Source of the DNA: Octopus vulgaris
Lineage: Eukaryota
Reading direction: 5' to 3'
Length of the DNA: 64,000 nucleotides
NCBI GenBank assembly: GCA_951406725.2
Contig: OX597815.1
Coordinates: 180,606,001 to 180,670,000 of the forward strand
The notes under the pieces are model-generated. The model was not told the DNA's origin, ran no database searches, and was given only the letters and a program-made list of their open reading frames with translations. Positions 1-13,052 of this stretch are shown here, one piece after another (positions within the stretch are counted from its first letter, which is position 1; each line of letters begins with the position of its first letter). A program made the translations under genes and the position numbers.

Positions 1-518
1 GTCTACTGACCAGCCTGAACAATAAGAATTTTCAACAACGCTATTTTCGAAAACTCCATACACCACCCACACCAACATTCATTCTAAACATTCACGTGAT
101 CTCTCTATTATGACCACATTCACGTGACCTCTTTATTATGACCAATAAGAAATTTTAGGCGCGATACTAGCCAAATTTTAACATCTCTGGAGCCTATTTT
201 CTTACCCCAACACCAACTTCCATTCAAACATTCACGTGACTCCTTTATAATGACCAATCAAAATTGTATTGACCATTGTCCACAAGAAATTTTAGGCGCG
301 AAACCAAGCAAATCTTAAACAACTCTGGAGCCTCTTTTTTCACATATAAGAGACAGCAAACCCAACATAAAGTCAGATAAGAGAAAAAAATCAATCAGAA
401 AGGAACTCAAAATATCTTTTGATAAGCATAACAAATGCGCAACCGGTAAAAAGAACTTTCACCTAATTAAATACACTCTCCCTTACTTAAATTACTTTGT
501 CAGCATTTTCTTCATTTC

Positions 519-648
<130 letters not shown>

Positions 649-1100
649 AGGCGCAGGAGTGGCTGTGTGGTAAGTACCTTGGTATCCGAACACTTGGTTC
701 CGGGTTCAATCCCACTGTGTGGCACCTTGGGTAAGTGTCTTCTACTAGAGCTTCGGGCTGACCAAAGCCTTGTGAGTGGATTTGGTAGACGGAAATTGAA
801 AGAAACCCGTCGTACATATGTGTGTGTGTGTGTGTGTGTGTGTTTGTGTATGTATGTGTGTGTGTGTGCATATGTATATGTTTGAGTGTCTGATTTTGTC
901 CCTTCACCATCGCTTGACAACCGATGCTTATGTGTTTTTAAGTCCACTCAACTTAGTGGTTCGGGCATAAGAGACCGATAGAATAAGTACTAAGCTTTTA
1001 AAGAATAAGTCCAGGGGTCGATTTGTTCGACTAAAAGGCGGTGCTCCAGCATGGCCGCAGTCAAATGACTGAAACAAACAAAGGACTAAAAGAATAAAAA
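649..1100 (+). mobile_element. SINE family A (tRNA head, CORE-like GGCACCTTGGGCAAGT, internal (TA)/(TG) tract, LINE-like tail); representative copy
   Basis: About 25 full or partial copies in the window, e.g. 1150-1552(-), 2851-3250(+), 3380-3972(-), 5830-6150(-), 8452-8900(+), 10872-12870(+), 21590-21950(+), 22254-22668(-), 31385-31800(+), 42310-42703(-), 42860-43393(-), 47755-48325(+), 53905-54245(-), 57515-57915(+). A-box TGGCTGTGTGG and B-box GGTTCAATCCC. Confidence 0.93.
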
Positions 1101-1149
1101 AAATAACAGAATATACATACATGCACATTATGTGTATGCATCTACACAT

Positions 1150-1345
1150 TTACTCTTTTACTTGTTTCAGTCATTTGACTGCGGCCATGCTGGAGCACCG
1201 CTTTTAGTCGAGCAAATCGATCCCGGGACGTATTCTTTTTAAGCCCAGTACTTATTCTATCGGTCTCTTTTGCCGAACCGCTAAGTGACGGCGACGTAAA
1301 CAAACCAGCATCGGTTGTCCAGCAATGCTACGGAGACAAGTACAG

Positions 1346-1410
<65 letters not shown>

Positions 1411-1552
1411 TACGACGGGCTTCTTTCAGTTTCCGTCTACCAAATCCACTCACAAGGCTTTGGTCGGCCCGAGGCTATAGTAGAAGACATTTGCCCATGA
1501 TGTCACGCAGTGGGACTGAACCCGGAACCATGTGGCTGGTAAGCAAGCTACT
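1150..1552 (-). mobile_element. SINE family A copy
   Basis: Reverse-complement match to 649-1100. Confidence 0.92.
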
Positions 1553-2761
1553 TGTATGTATACATGTGTGCGTGTGTGTGTGTGTATACGTACAAGTACA
1601 CATATACACACGTACTTCAGAGAGAGCTTCGCTTTACATACATGTGAATGTCTCCTCTAAAGACATTTACTCCGATCTCAGCTAACAAGCAATAATTTTG
1701 TCTGTTAAAGGTTATGATCTACTTACAAAAGGGAATGTTTTAATTTCCTGTTTAACATGACACCGGAATAATGTATGTCTTCCCCATGTCTGAAAAGAAA
1801 AGCATCAGAAAGAACAATTAATATGTTATTATTAACAAGTATAAAAATATAAACACAGCGATGCATATAATTAGCTTACGTTGCCGGTTTTTTCTTTTAT
1901 CATTATTTAAAATGTAGCTAGACTGGTGTTAGCTTCTTACCCTTTCTTTATATAATGAGACCTTTCGTTGTTGGAGGTGAAATGGCTGCGTCTCGACTGT
2001 ATATCAGGCTAATGACTACAAGTGCTAAAATATTGATTTAAGGATTACATTTCGCCCATTCAGAGTTTGGTCCAGTGTTTGCCAGAAATTGTTCCGAGGA
2101 GCCCCAGAACTATTCTGGTATTCTGCAAGGTAAAGGGTTGTCAATAAATAAATAAGTTTAAGGCAGCGAGCTGGCAGAAACGTTAGCACGCCGGGCGAAA
2201 TGTGTAGCCGTATTTCGTCTGCCGTTACGTTCTGAGTTCAAATTCCGCCGAGGTCGACTTTGCCTTTCATCTTTTCGGGGTCGATTAAATAAGTACCAAT
2301 TACATACTGGAGTCGATGTAATCGACTTAATACCTATGTCTGTCCTTGTTTGTCCCCTCTGGGTAGTAAAGAAATAGGTACTTCGTCTGCCGTTACGTTC
2401 TGAGTTCAAATTCCGCTGAGGTCGACATTGCTTTTCATCCTTTCGGGGTCAATAAATTAAGTATCAGTTATGTACTGGGGTCGATCTAATCGACTGGCCC
2501 CCCACACTCAAAATTCCGGGACTTGTGCCTAGAGGAGAAGAGAATAGATAAATAAAATGTAATTAAAATATGATATTCACCATTTTCAAAATAATAACGT
2601 GTAATCTGTTTATAGGTGCAGGCGTGACTGTGGTCAGAGGTGTGCGTGTCATCTTGAGCAAGTGTCTTCTATAGCCTCGGGACGACCAAAACCTTGTGAG
2701 TGGATTTGGTAGAAGGAAACTGAAAGAACCCCGCCGTATAATATATATATGTATATATATG

Positions 2762-2828
<67 letters not shown>

Positions 2829-3012
2829 GTATAAATATATATATATATATAGGCGCAGGTGTGACTGTGTGGTAGGAAGCTTGGTTTCCAACTACATGGT
2901 TCCAAGTTCAGTCCCATTGCGTGGTACCTTGGGTAAGTGTCTTCCACTATAGCCCCGTCCGACCAAAGCCTTGTGAGTGCATTTGGTAGACGGAAACTGA
3001 AAGAAGCCCGTC

Positions 3013-3050
<38 letters not shown>

Positions 3051-3737
3051 ACATGTTTGTGTGTCTGGGTTGGTCCCCCCACCATCGCTTGACAGCAGAT
3101 GCTGGTGTATTTACATCCTTGTAACTTAGCAGTTCGGCAAAATGGGAACCGATAGGATAAGTGCTACGCTCACAAAAAAATGAGTCCTGGGCTCGATTTG
3201 TTCGACTAAAGGTGGTGCTCCAGCATGGCCGCAATCAAATGACTGAAAGAAAGGCAAGGTATGAACATAATCTCTCTTTAAAACAATTTCTGTCTCATTT
3301 AATGGCAGCAGAAGATATCGCACAGCAGTTACTCGACGAAACAAGTTTCGTAAGCACTGAACGCGTGTAGTCTGTATCTTTTATCTTCTATCTTCTACTT
3401 GTGTCAGTCATTAGACTGCGGCCATGCTGGGGTACCACCTAGAACGAATCAACCCCAGTACTTATTGTTTTTTAAAAGCCTGGTACTTATTCTATCTTTA
3501 GCCAAAACTGCTAAGTTGCGGGAAATGAAACACAACCCCGATAGTCAAGCGGTGGTGGGAGACAAACACAGACACAAAGACACACACACACACACAGAGA
3601 CACAAAGACACACACACTCACACATGTATGTATGTGTATAACGGGAAGCTTTATGAAAATAAACAAAAGACGAAGGCAGGTGGAATACAAACAAACAATT
3701 GTATTAGTATGGCGCTCAGGAATATAAATAAAACAAG

Positions 3738-3775
3738 TCTTTTACGTTTCGAGCCTACGCTCTTCAACAGAAAGA
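3738..3775 (-). ncRNA. Minimal type I hammerhead-like motif, A6U variant (family F1)
   Basis: TCTTT-CTGTTGA-A-GAGC(GTAG)GCTC-GAAAC-GTA-AAAGA. Confidence 0.6.
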
Positions 3776-4253
3776 TACACAGAAAAGAAACACGGAGAGA
3801 AACAAGGAGAGAAAAAAAAAATGCGTGCAGAAGCTAGCGAATCAACATGGCGATCTGTATGTGTATACATATATATACAACGAGCTTCTTTCAGTTTCCG
3901 TCTTCAAAATCCATTCACAAGGCTTTGGTCAGCCTGAGGACAGAAAACACTTGCCCTAGGTGTCACGCAGCCAATTAGAATCTGGCAATATCTTCCAGAA
4001 CGCAACACGGTTCAACCTACATCGCTGGAAATAGAGCACATTGGTCTGCATACGATATTTTCTCTTCAAGACAAAGCAGCTGGAATCGGATAGTATTTTA
4101 ACAACGCAACACCCTAGACGGAAGTAGATATGTTAACAACGAATGCTATCTAAGCAAAGATGATAGTATCTCCTCATAACAAACAAAATTCTTAACTGTA
4201 AACGATATTGGCATTCCGTGTTGTCATACATAACACAAGCACAACCACCAGTC

Positions 4254-4293
<40 letters not shown>

Positions 4294-4686
4294 ACATGTT
4301 TGTGTGTCTGGGTTGGTCCCCCCACCATCGCTTGACAACAGATGCTGGTGTATTTACATCCTTGTAACTTAGCAGTTCAGCAAAATGGGAACCGATAGGA
4401 GTCGCGGCGGTAATGGATTTCCGTCGGTTTCAACGATGAACATTCAGTTTTTCGATCAACTGAATTACCTGCTCATTGAATTACTGTGTAATTTAGTTGA
4501 GCATTCTACTGACACTATGGTGGACTCTCTTGTCCTAAACGACAAGCGAGAGTCCCGCAACTCAAAATCTGACTGAGTCACCAGATAAACGACCTGCGCA
4601 AATGAGTTGTTTATATTAATCAAGTGTTTGTACTGTATATTAACTTACACTCTGCATGAAATCCACATTCCCTGTCTGCACAGGAG

Positions 4687-4757
4687 GTCGTAATGACTGA
4701 TGAGATGCCGGAGCAGATTTCAGCCCCGGCATCCGGAACTCTGAGTTTTATTATGAC
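4687..4757 (+). ncRNA. Hammerhead ribozyme motif with degenerate GAAA
   Basis: GTCGTAATGA-CTGATGA-GATGCCGG(14 nt)CCGGCATC-C-GGAAC-TCTGA-GTT-TTATTATGAC. Stem I is 10 bp (2 G-U) and stem II is a perfect 8 bp. Confidence 0.65.
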
Positions 4758-4776
4758 AACCAACTAATTGTCATAT

Positions 4777-4833
<57 letters not shown>

Positions 4834-5333
4834 CTTTACTACCCACAAGGGGCCAAACACAGAGGGGACAAACAAGGACAGACAAACGGATTAAGTCGAT
4901 TACATTGACCCCAGTGCGTAACTGGTACTTAATTTATCGACCCCGAAACGGAATTTGGAGTGTTACGGCGGACAATGATCATAGGGCACGACTGCAAGAA
5001 TCGAACTGAGAGAGAAGATAGAAGAAATATTCAGCTAGAAGCTAAGAGAAGAAACGTGGTTGAGGAATAAAGAGAAAGAAATCAAGAAGGATGGGAAGTA
5101 ATTAACTCAGGAAGAATAAAATCAAATTAATGCAAGGAAAGGAGCTAAAAGGTGCCGTATGATGAAGAATGAAGCTGAGAATTAGAGGGAGAGGATAAGA
5201 ATTATTAATCAAGAAAGAAGGCAACGTATGAGCAATGGCGATAAGCGAGAATATTTTACAGAAGCTAGAATGAGAAAATGGACGAAGAGAATCGCTAACA
5301 GTTCCTAGAAATTAATCCAAGGTTTATGAACGA

Positions 5334-5632
5334 CTAGCAGTATCGCCCGGCGTTGCTCGGGTTTGTAAGGGAAATAACTATATAAGCATTTTTAGAGAGT
5401 TACTTCCCTTATATAATAGCAAAAAATGCATTAAAAATGGGAAAAAAATGATGGTAAATTTTTTAAAAAATCGTAGACTCATCATAGACGCGCGCTAATA
5501 CCCAGAAGGGCTCGATATGAATCACGACTATAAGATACCCGCTTTTGGTTACACTGCACCGCAAAATGTGGGAGTAGTTAGGAATCTAAATCGTAGGAGA
5601 CAGACACACAACTTCACTTTTATATATAAAGA
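5334..5632 (-). mobile_element. Non-autonomous Helitron (family H1, copy 1)
   Basis: On the minus strand it starts TCTTTATATATAAAAGTG and ends with hairpin CCCGAGCAACGCCGGG then CTAG. It sits between A and T with no TSD and is homologous to 56965-57358. Confidence 0.88.
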
Positions 5633-6456
5633 TATGATTGGATGTTATTAGTGGAAGATATTAAGGCGAGTGAGCTGGCGGAATGGTGAGCATCCTGGGC
5701 GAAATGCTTAGCGGCATTTCGTTCGTCTTTATGTTTTCGAATTCAAATTCCGCTGAGATCGGCTTTGCCTTTCGTTGGGAAGTGTCTGAGATGAGTTACA
5801 CTCAGTCTACGTTAGTGTGTGTACACATATTCTTTTATTTGTTTCAGTCATATGACTGCGGCCATGCTGGAGCACCGCCTTTAGTCGAACACATCGACCC
5901 CAGGACTTATTCTTTGTAAGCCTAGCAAGCGATGGTGCGAGCGGGACAAACACAGACACACAGACACACACGCACATACATATATACGACGGGCTTCTTT
6001 CAGTTTCCGTCTACCAAATCCACTCACAAGGCCTTGGTTGGCCCGAGGCTAGAGTAGAAGACACTTGCCCAAGGTGCCACGCAGTGGGACTGAACCCGGA
6101 ACCATTTGGTTTGTAAGCAAGCTACTTACCACACAGCCACTCCTGCGCCTATTTTCTTTTCTCTCTTTTAAGATTTCAACCGCTAACAGTCTATACAAAC
6201 TGATTAATATATCTAATTAGGTCGTTAAGAATGAAACGTCCGATTTCGAGTTGGAAGATTATTTTACTCCATCTTAAAGAAGACGCAGTGCAATAAAAGC
6301 CTGCGCCTAAACTATCAACACAGATTTCCTAACTTAAGACGTTTTATGTTGAGAGCGAAGAAGCCTGGAGGGCGAGAGGCAATGAAATCGCGAAAGGCTG
6401 TTAATGCTTTGGGAAATCAAACATTTCAAACTAACATTAGCAACATTGTACACCAC

Positions 6457-6681
6457 GGGTATATGGCGTAGTGATTAAGAGCGCGGGCTACTAACTTCAA
6501 GATTCCGAGTTCGATTCCTGGCAGAGACCTGAATAATAATAACGTGGAAAAATATCTTAGGAATGAGAACCCAGGTTCGAAACTTCCCCAAGACACCTGA
6601 TGAAGGGTGGAGAGTATATCAGCCGAAACGTTGTGTTAACAACAAACAAGATGAGGTCAAATGTAAATAATGTAAATAATG
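6457..6681 (+). mobile_element. Short element: tRNA-derived Pol III head, hammerhead ribozyme and (ATGTAAATA)n tail
   Basis: A-box TGGCGTAGTGA 6464, B-box GTTCGATTCC 6509, hammerhead 6592-6637, tandem tail 6661-6681. A head-only copy lies at about 17408-17480. Confidence 0.7.
6592..6637 (+). ncRNA. Minimal hammerhead ribozyme, canonical core
   Basis: GACAC-CTGATGA-A-GGGTG(10 nt)CAGCC-GAAAC-GTT-GTGTT; palindromic AACGTT stem III; one mismatch in stem II. Confidence 0.72.
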
Positions 6682-6891
6682 GACACAATTCGTTGAATTA
6701 AATGTTTTTATATAAGTATTCTACATTGGGTGATGTTATGTTGCCAACTTAATGTGGCAGTCCTATGAAAGGGAAGAATGCCACTGCTATTTAGCCCTAG
6801 GAAACACCATTTCCTGTTGGTCTTGACACATTTCCTGAGTCCTTATGTTTACAAAGGGGGAGATAAGCACCTCTACTCAGCAAAGCCAGCA

Positions 6892-6934
6892 TCCAGAGAC
6901 TAGTTTCAGAGTGAGTGCTCATCATCAGTCTGGA
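6892..6934 (-). ncRNA. Minimal hammerhead ribozyme, canonical core (family F4)
   Basis: TCCAGA-CTGATGA-T-GAG(CACTCA)CTC-T-GAAAC-TA-GTC-TCTGGA; perfect 6-bp stem I, ACTAGT palindrome, GUC site. Confidence 0.8.
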
Positions 6935-9900
6935 GTAGCATGGCATGCTAGCTGTCGATGCTCATTCACCTTACCGTGATGCTACTGTATAAATCTCTCT
7001 GAGAGATTTAGAAATGCAATATTTCTTTATTCTACATTGGTTTTAATGGTATTTTGCAAATTAATGAGAATAATATAAATGCAGGTTTCAAATTCTGGCA
7101 CAAGGCCAGCAAGTCCAGGAGAGAAGGTAAGTCGATTACACCGACCCCAGTACTCAACTGGTATCTATTTTATCGATAGGAAAGGCGGAATTTGAACTCA
7201 GCTCGTAAAGACGAACGAAATGCCTCAAAACATTTTACTCGGCGTGCAAACTACTCTTATTTCTTTACTACCCACAAGGGGCTAAACATAGAGGGGACAA
7301 ACAAGGATAGACAAACGGATTAAGTCGATTATATCGACCCCAGTGCGTAACTGGTACTTAATTTATCGACCCCGAAAGGATGAAAGGCAAAGTCGACCTC
7401 GGCGGAATTTGAACTCACAACCTAACGCAGACGAAGTACCGCTAAGCATTTCGCCCGGCGTGCAAACGATTCTGCCAGCTCACCACCGTAAATGACTTAA
7501 ATATTACTTACTTAATTATAAAACCAATTTATGTAGGTGGGTAAAGTGCTTTTGATTAAATTCTCTATCAATATAGTAAAGGTAGGGAGTTGGTAGAACT
7601 TTTAGCACCCTAGGGAAAATGTTTAGTGGCATTTATTCTGAGTTCAAATTCCACCGAGGTCGGCTTTGCCTTTCATCCTTTCGGGGTCCATGAAATAAGT
7701 ACCAGTTGAGCTCTGGGGTCATTATAATCGAATTACTTCTTTCGTCGGAATTGCTGGCCTTGTGCCAAAATTTGAAGCCATTATTGGAAGATGTTTATGA
7801 TTGACTGGCATTCCGTCGCTTACGACAATGAGGGTTCCAGTTGACATTGTGCCAAACAAAAGGGCGTGGATTTTACACAGGTGCTGTCAGTTTTTATTAT
7901 TATTAGAACGATGAATGCGGCAAGCTGGTAGAATCGTTAGCACGTGGGGTGAAGTGCTTCGCGGTATTTTGTCTGCCACTATGTTCTGAGTTCAAATTCC
8001 GCCGAGGTCGACTGTGCCTTTCATCCTTTCGGGGTCGATTAAATAAGTACCAGTTACGCACTGGGGTCGATGTAATCGACTTAACCCATTTTTCTGTCCT
8101 TTTGTGTCCCCTCTGTGTTTAGCCAATTGTGGGTAGTAAAGCAATAGGTATTTCGTCTGTCTTAATGTTCTGAGTTCAAATTCCGCCGATGTCAACTTTG
8201 CCTTTCATCATTTCGGGATCGATAAATTAAGTACCAGTTACACACTGGAGTCGATGTAATCAACTAGTCCCCTCCCCCCAAATTTCAGGCCTTGTGCCTA
8301 TAATAGAAAGGATTATTAGAAGTAGCTTCCTTCCCTCAAAATTGCTGGCCTTGTGTCTAACAGAGAAACATCTATAGACGTACGCATGCGTGGTTTTTTA
8401 TGTTTGAACAACAAATATTAACAGACGTATACTTTGAAAAAATATATAACAAGGCGCATGCGTGAATGTGTGATAAGTAGCTTGTTTACCAACTACATGG
8501 TCCCCGGTTCAGTCCCACTGCGTGGCACCTTTGGCAAGTGTCTTCTACTATAGCCTGGGGCCGACCAAAGCCTTGTGACTGGATTTGGTAGCCGGAAACC
8601 GAAAGAAGCCCGACATATATATATATATGTGTGTGTGTTTGTGCGTGTGTGTGTGCGTGTGTGTGCGTGTGTGCGTGTGTGCGTGTCTATATATTTATAC
8701 GTCTGTTTGTTCGCCTCCCATCATCGCTTGACAACCGATGCTGGTGTGTTTACTTCCCCGTAACTTAGCGGTTCGGCAAAAGAAACTGAAAGAATAAGTT
8801 ACTCGCTAGGCTTACAAAGAATAAGTCCTGGGGTCGATTTGTTCGACTAAAAACGGTGCTCCAACATGGCCGCAGTCAAAATGACTGAAACAAATAATAG
8901 AGTACCGAGAGAAGAACATTTTATTCGTTATATTAGCTAATATCTAATTAATTCCCAAATAGCTATGTAATTAATTCTCAGATAATTAATTTCACTAATT
9001 ATGATTCTTTAAATTTACTATCTGAATTTTTTTTCCTTTAAGGTTCATTATTCGTTTAAGGAAAAAAAAAAGAAACAAAATAAAACAAAAACTTCCGTTT
9101 TAAGAAGTGTTTTAATATTTACAAAGTAGTTGCTATTAACGACCTAAGCTGATAGATACTGCAGCGAATAAGAGGCTTGCGTTTATCGTTCAGATGACCT
9201 AAATCTCTACTGAATGGCAGTTTTATACGCCAGAGGACGTCTACTTGTATGAACTGAAAACATGCAGAGACAGGCTGGGAAAACTAACGGGTGGTCGGTC
9301 GAGTCAGATGGTGTGGAGGAGGGCTAGTATGTATTCTGATGCTGAAAAGCTTATAATTCTTGTTTAGCACCCAGAACTTCAACTTTTATTTTTTCGTTTA
9401 TTTATTATGTTTTTGAAGAATTTTTTTTTTCTATCTGTCTGGTGTAAGGAATTTTGTCATGATTTGCGTCTTTTGTTAGCTGCTTTTGTGTTGATCGTTG
9501 AAGACAGTTGTTGAATTTTGGTCACCCTTCCAAAATTTAACCTAAACAACAATTCAAGACTGAAGGAAGTGGGAGATGCCAAAGATGGTAAGTGGGGAAA
9601 AAAATCTATTGAAGTCTATTGAACGTCTTTCACTTTATGTAATCTTCTTAATACCACAAATTCCTCTCCAAATATATTTCTTGGAGGGTCTGTATCGTTA
9701 ATTATTGTACTCAATAAATTCAATTGATGCAAGGTGTATGTAAAAGGTCAAACATCTTTGGTTGCTGTCGTAAAATAACTGAATTCTTAGGACAGGCTGT
9801 GTGCTAAGAATCCTATTTCTCAACCACATGGTTCTGAGTTTTTAAAACCTGCTAAAATTCTATCTCTAAGTTACGGGAATGTAAACACAGCAACGCTGGT

Positions 9901-10212
9901 TCCCAAGCGGTGTTGTTTGGTACCATTGCATAGTACCTTGTGTAAGTATCTTCTGCTTCAGCCTCGGGCCGACCAGACTTGTCAGTGAATTTGGTAGACG
10001 AAAACTGAAAAATACTCTTCTTAAATGGAAAAGTGAGGCTGTGAATCAGAACAAACTGCTTTCTTTTGTATACAAACAAAAATACGAACAAGGTGTAGTT
10101 ACGAATGTGTAATGTCCCATGCAAGAGGCTTGAAAACTGTAGTTTAAATATATTTTAGGTTTTCTAATACACGCTGTGTGGAACATAGGAATATGGGAAT
10201 ACATGCATGCGC

Positions 10213-10243
<31 letters not shown>

Positions 10244-10442
10244 TGTATGTATGTATGTATGTATGTCATTATTCAGCTTATTTCAAGAATTCTTGCCTAT
10301 ATAGAAAGAACCGGTTTCTAACCTAGATCCAAGGCTCCTTCATTGGAATTTCAACATCAACAACGGGGTATGTATGTATGTATGTATCTACCTACCTACC
10401 TACCTGTCTGTCTGTCTGTCTGCTTGTCTGTCTGCTTGTCTG

Positions 10443-10528
<86 letters not shown>

Positions 10529-10582
10529 CAGCTATGGAACATACTTAATATACATACACAATCAATAGGCCTAGGTTAGTTA

Positions 10583-10852
<270 letters not shown>

Positions 10853-11160
10853 CTATATATCTATATATATACGTGTGATAAGAAGCTTGCTTCCCAACCA
10901 CATGGTTCCGGGTTCAATCCTATTGCGTACTACCTTGGGCACCATAACCTCCGACCGACCAAAGCTTCGCGAGTTGATTTGTTTGACGAAAACTGATAGA
11001 AGCCCGTCTTAAGATTAATCAGCCGAAATTGCGAAGATGATCCGGTTCTTGACTGATGATTGAGGGCTTCGAATGTCCCGTCCGTGTTTTTTGTGTCGTC
11101 TTCTAAATGTTTCACGTTCTTGTCCCAGTTTGTATATTTTTTTACTTTTACATATATATA

Positions 11161-12451
11161 CGAGGGGCTTTCAATAAGTAATGCCCCTGACCCACTTCCC
11201 ATAGCAGTAGAGCAACGAAACTTGGCGCAGTTATTAGTCTTTTTCTACATAGGAACCGCCCAGAGTTACGCCTTTCTCCCATCGTTTGATGCAGCTCTGG
11301 ATACCGTTTTTTTAGAAGACCCCAGCTTGGTCCTCCAACCACGACGTAACTTCAGAAATCAAGGCTGCATCATCTGGGAAACGCTTTCCTTTCAAAAACA
11401 ACTCCATGGCTGGGAAGAGATGAAAATCAGAGGGTGCAAGGTCGGGAGAGTAGGGGGATGGGGGAGGAGTTCATAGCCGCACGCCTGTGCTTCTGATCTG
11501 GCGACACGCGAGTTGTTGACCGGAGCGTTGTCCTGCAGGAGGAGGATGCTTTTGCTGATCTTGCCCCGCCTCTTGATTTTGATAGCTTCTCTTAATTTCC
11601 TCAAAAGTGAAGCATAATAGGCTCCTGTAATTGTGGTACCCTTTGCCAGGAAATCTGTCATCATTACTCCGTCCTGGTCCCAGAAGATTGTGAGCATGAT
11701 CTTGCCAGTGGAGGGCTGCACACTTGCCTTCTTTGGAGGAGGTGAGTCACGGTGCTTCCACTGCATTGACTGGGCTTTGGTCTCTGGATCATAGTGATGG
11801 GCCCAGGTTTCATCCTGTGTAATCAGTCTTTTGAAAATGTTTGACTCATCTTCTTGGCACATCTCCAAATTCATCCTCGAGCACTCAACGCGTTCTTGCT
11901 TCTGGAAAGGTGTGAGCAACCTGGGAATCCATCTGGCAGACACCTTTTGCATATGCAAATAGTCATGAATGATAGTTTCCACAGACCCGGTACTAATCTT
12001 GACCTCATGGACTATTTGGCGAATAGTTATGCGTCGATCTTCCAAAATGGCAGCCTCAACTTGACGGACAGATACCTCATCAATGGCAGAAGTGGGGTGA
12101 CCAGATCTGGGAGCTGTTTCCACAGAGTTCCGACCATGTTTGAATTCACGATGCCAGCATTTTACAAGGTCATATGATGGGGCATCATCACCATAAGTTA
12201 CTTTCATTTCAGCAAAAGTCTCCCGTGGTGTGTGTCCTTTCAAATACAAAAACCGGATCACTGTTCGACACTCAACAGGCTCTATTTCACACTTGACTCA
12301 GTTCAAACACCTGTAAATCAGAAACCACAATTAGTTCAGAGCTGTAATTTGCCACTTAATCTATAGAGATATCAATAATTGCACATGCAAAATTTCAGCT
12401 AGATCAAAAAACTGCAAGTGGGCCAGAGGCATTACTTATTGAACGCCCCTC

Positions 12452-12452
<1 letters not shown>
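11161..12452 (-). mobile_element. Full-length mariner (Tc1/mariner DD34D) DNA transposon, 1292 bp
   Basis: Left TIR CGAGGGGCTTTCAATAAGTAATGCCCCTGACCCACTT at 11161. The right end reverse-complements to CGAGGGGCGTTCAATAAGTAATGCCTCTGGCCCACTT, ending at 12452. TA flanks both sides; a transposase lies inside. Confidence 0.97.
11234..12285 (-). pseudogene. Mariner transposase pseudogene (probably irritans-like)
   Basis: ORF 11392-12261 has an HTH region, WIPRLL, TQDETW and QDNAP. A 1-nt frameshift near 11455 hides HPPYSPDLAPSDFHLF (34 residues between the 2nd and 3rd D). A premature TAA lies near 11312. The C-terminus KRWEKGVTLGGSYVEKD* ends at 11234. The presumed start codon reads ATA at 12285-12283. 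Confidence 0.95.
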
Positions 12453-12520
<68 letters not shown>

Positions 12521-12539
12521 TATATATATACGTACATAC

Positions 12540-12639
<100 letters not shown>

Positions 12640-12986
12640 TTACGTGTGTCTTTGTGTCTGTGTTTGTCCCCCAGCCAACACTGTTTGACAACCAGTGTTG
12701 CTGTGTTTACGTCCCCGTAACTTAGAGGTTCGGCAAGATAACAGATAGAATTTTACCAGGTTTTATAATACAAGCATTGGGGTCAATTCGGTCAACTCAA
12801 ATTCTTCAAGATTGTGCCCCAGCATGGCCGTAGTCTAATGACTGGAACGAGTAGAAGATAAAAGATAAAAAGGTATATATATATAAAACGGTGCCCCAGC
12901 ATGGTCGCTGTCAAATGATTGAAACAGGTAAAAGCTACACACACATACACACACATATATGTACGCGCACACATACATATATATGT

Positions 12987-13052
<66 letters not shown>

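Noticed and set aside
3975-4250. GIPCCH motif suggesting a Mutator SWIM finger
   Set aside because: Only six residues match, the upstream CxC is missing, and there are multiple stops.
6457-6525. Possible tRNA gene (also the SINE heads throughout the window)
   Set aside because: The acceptor and anticodon stems do not pair properly and there is no oligo-T terminator; these are SINE-type heads.
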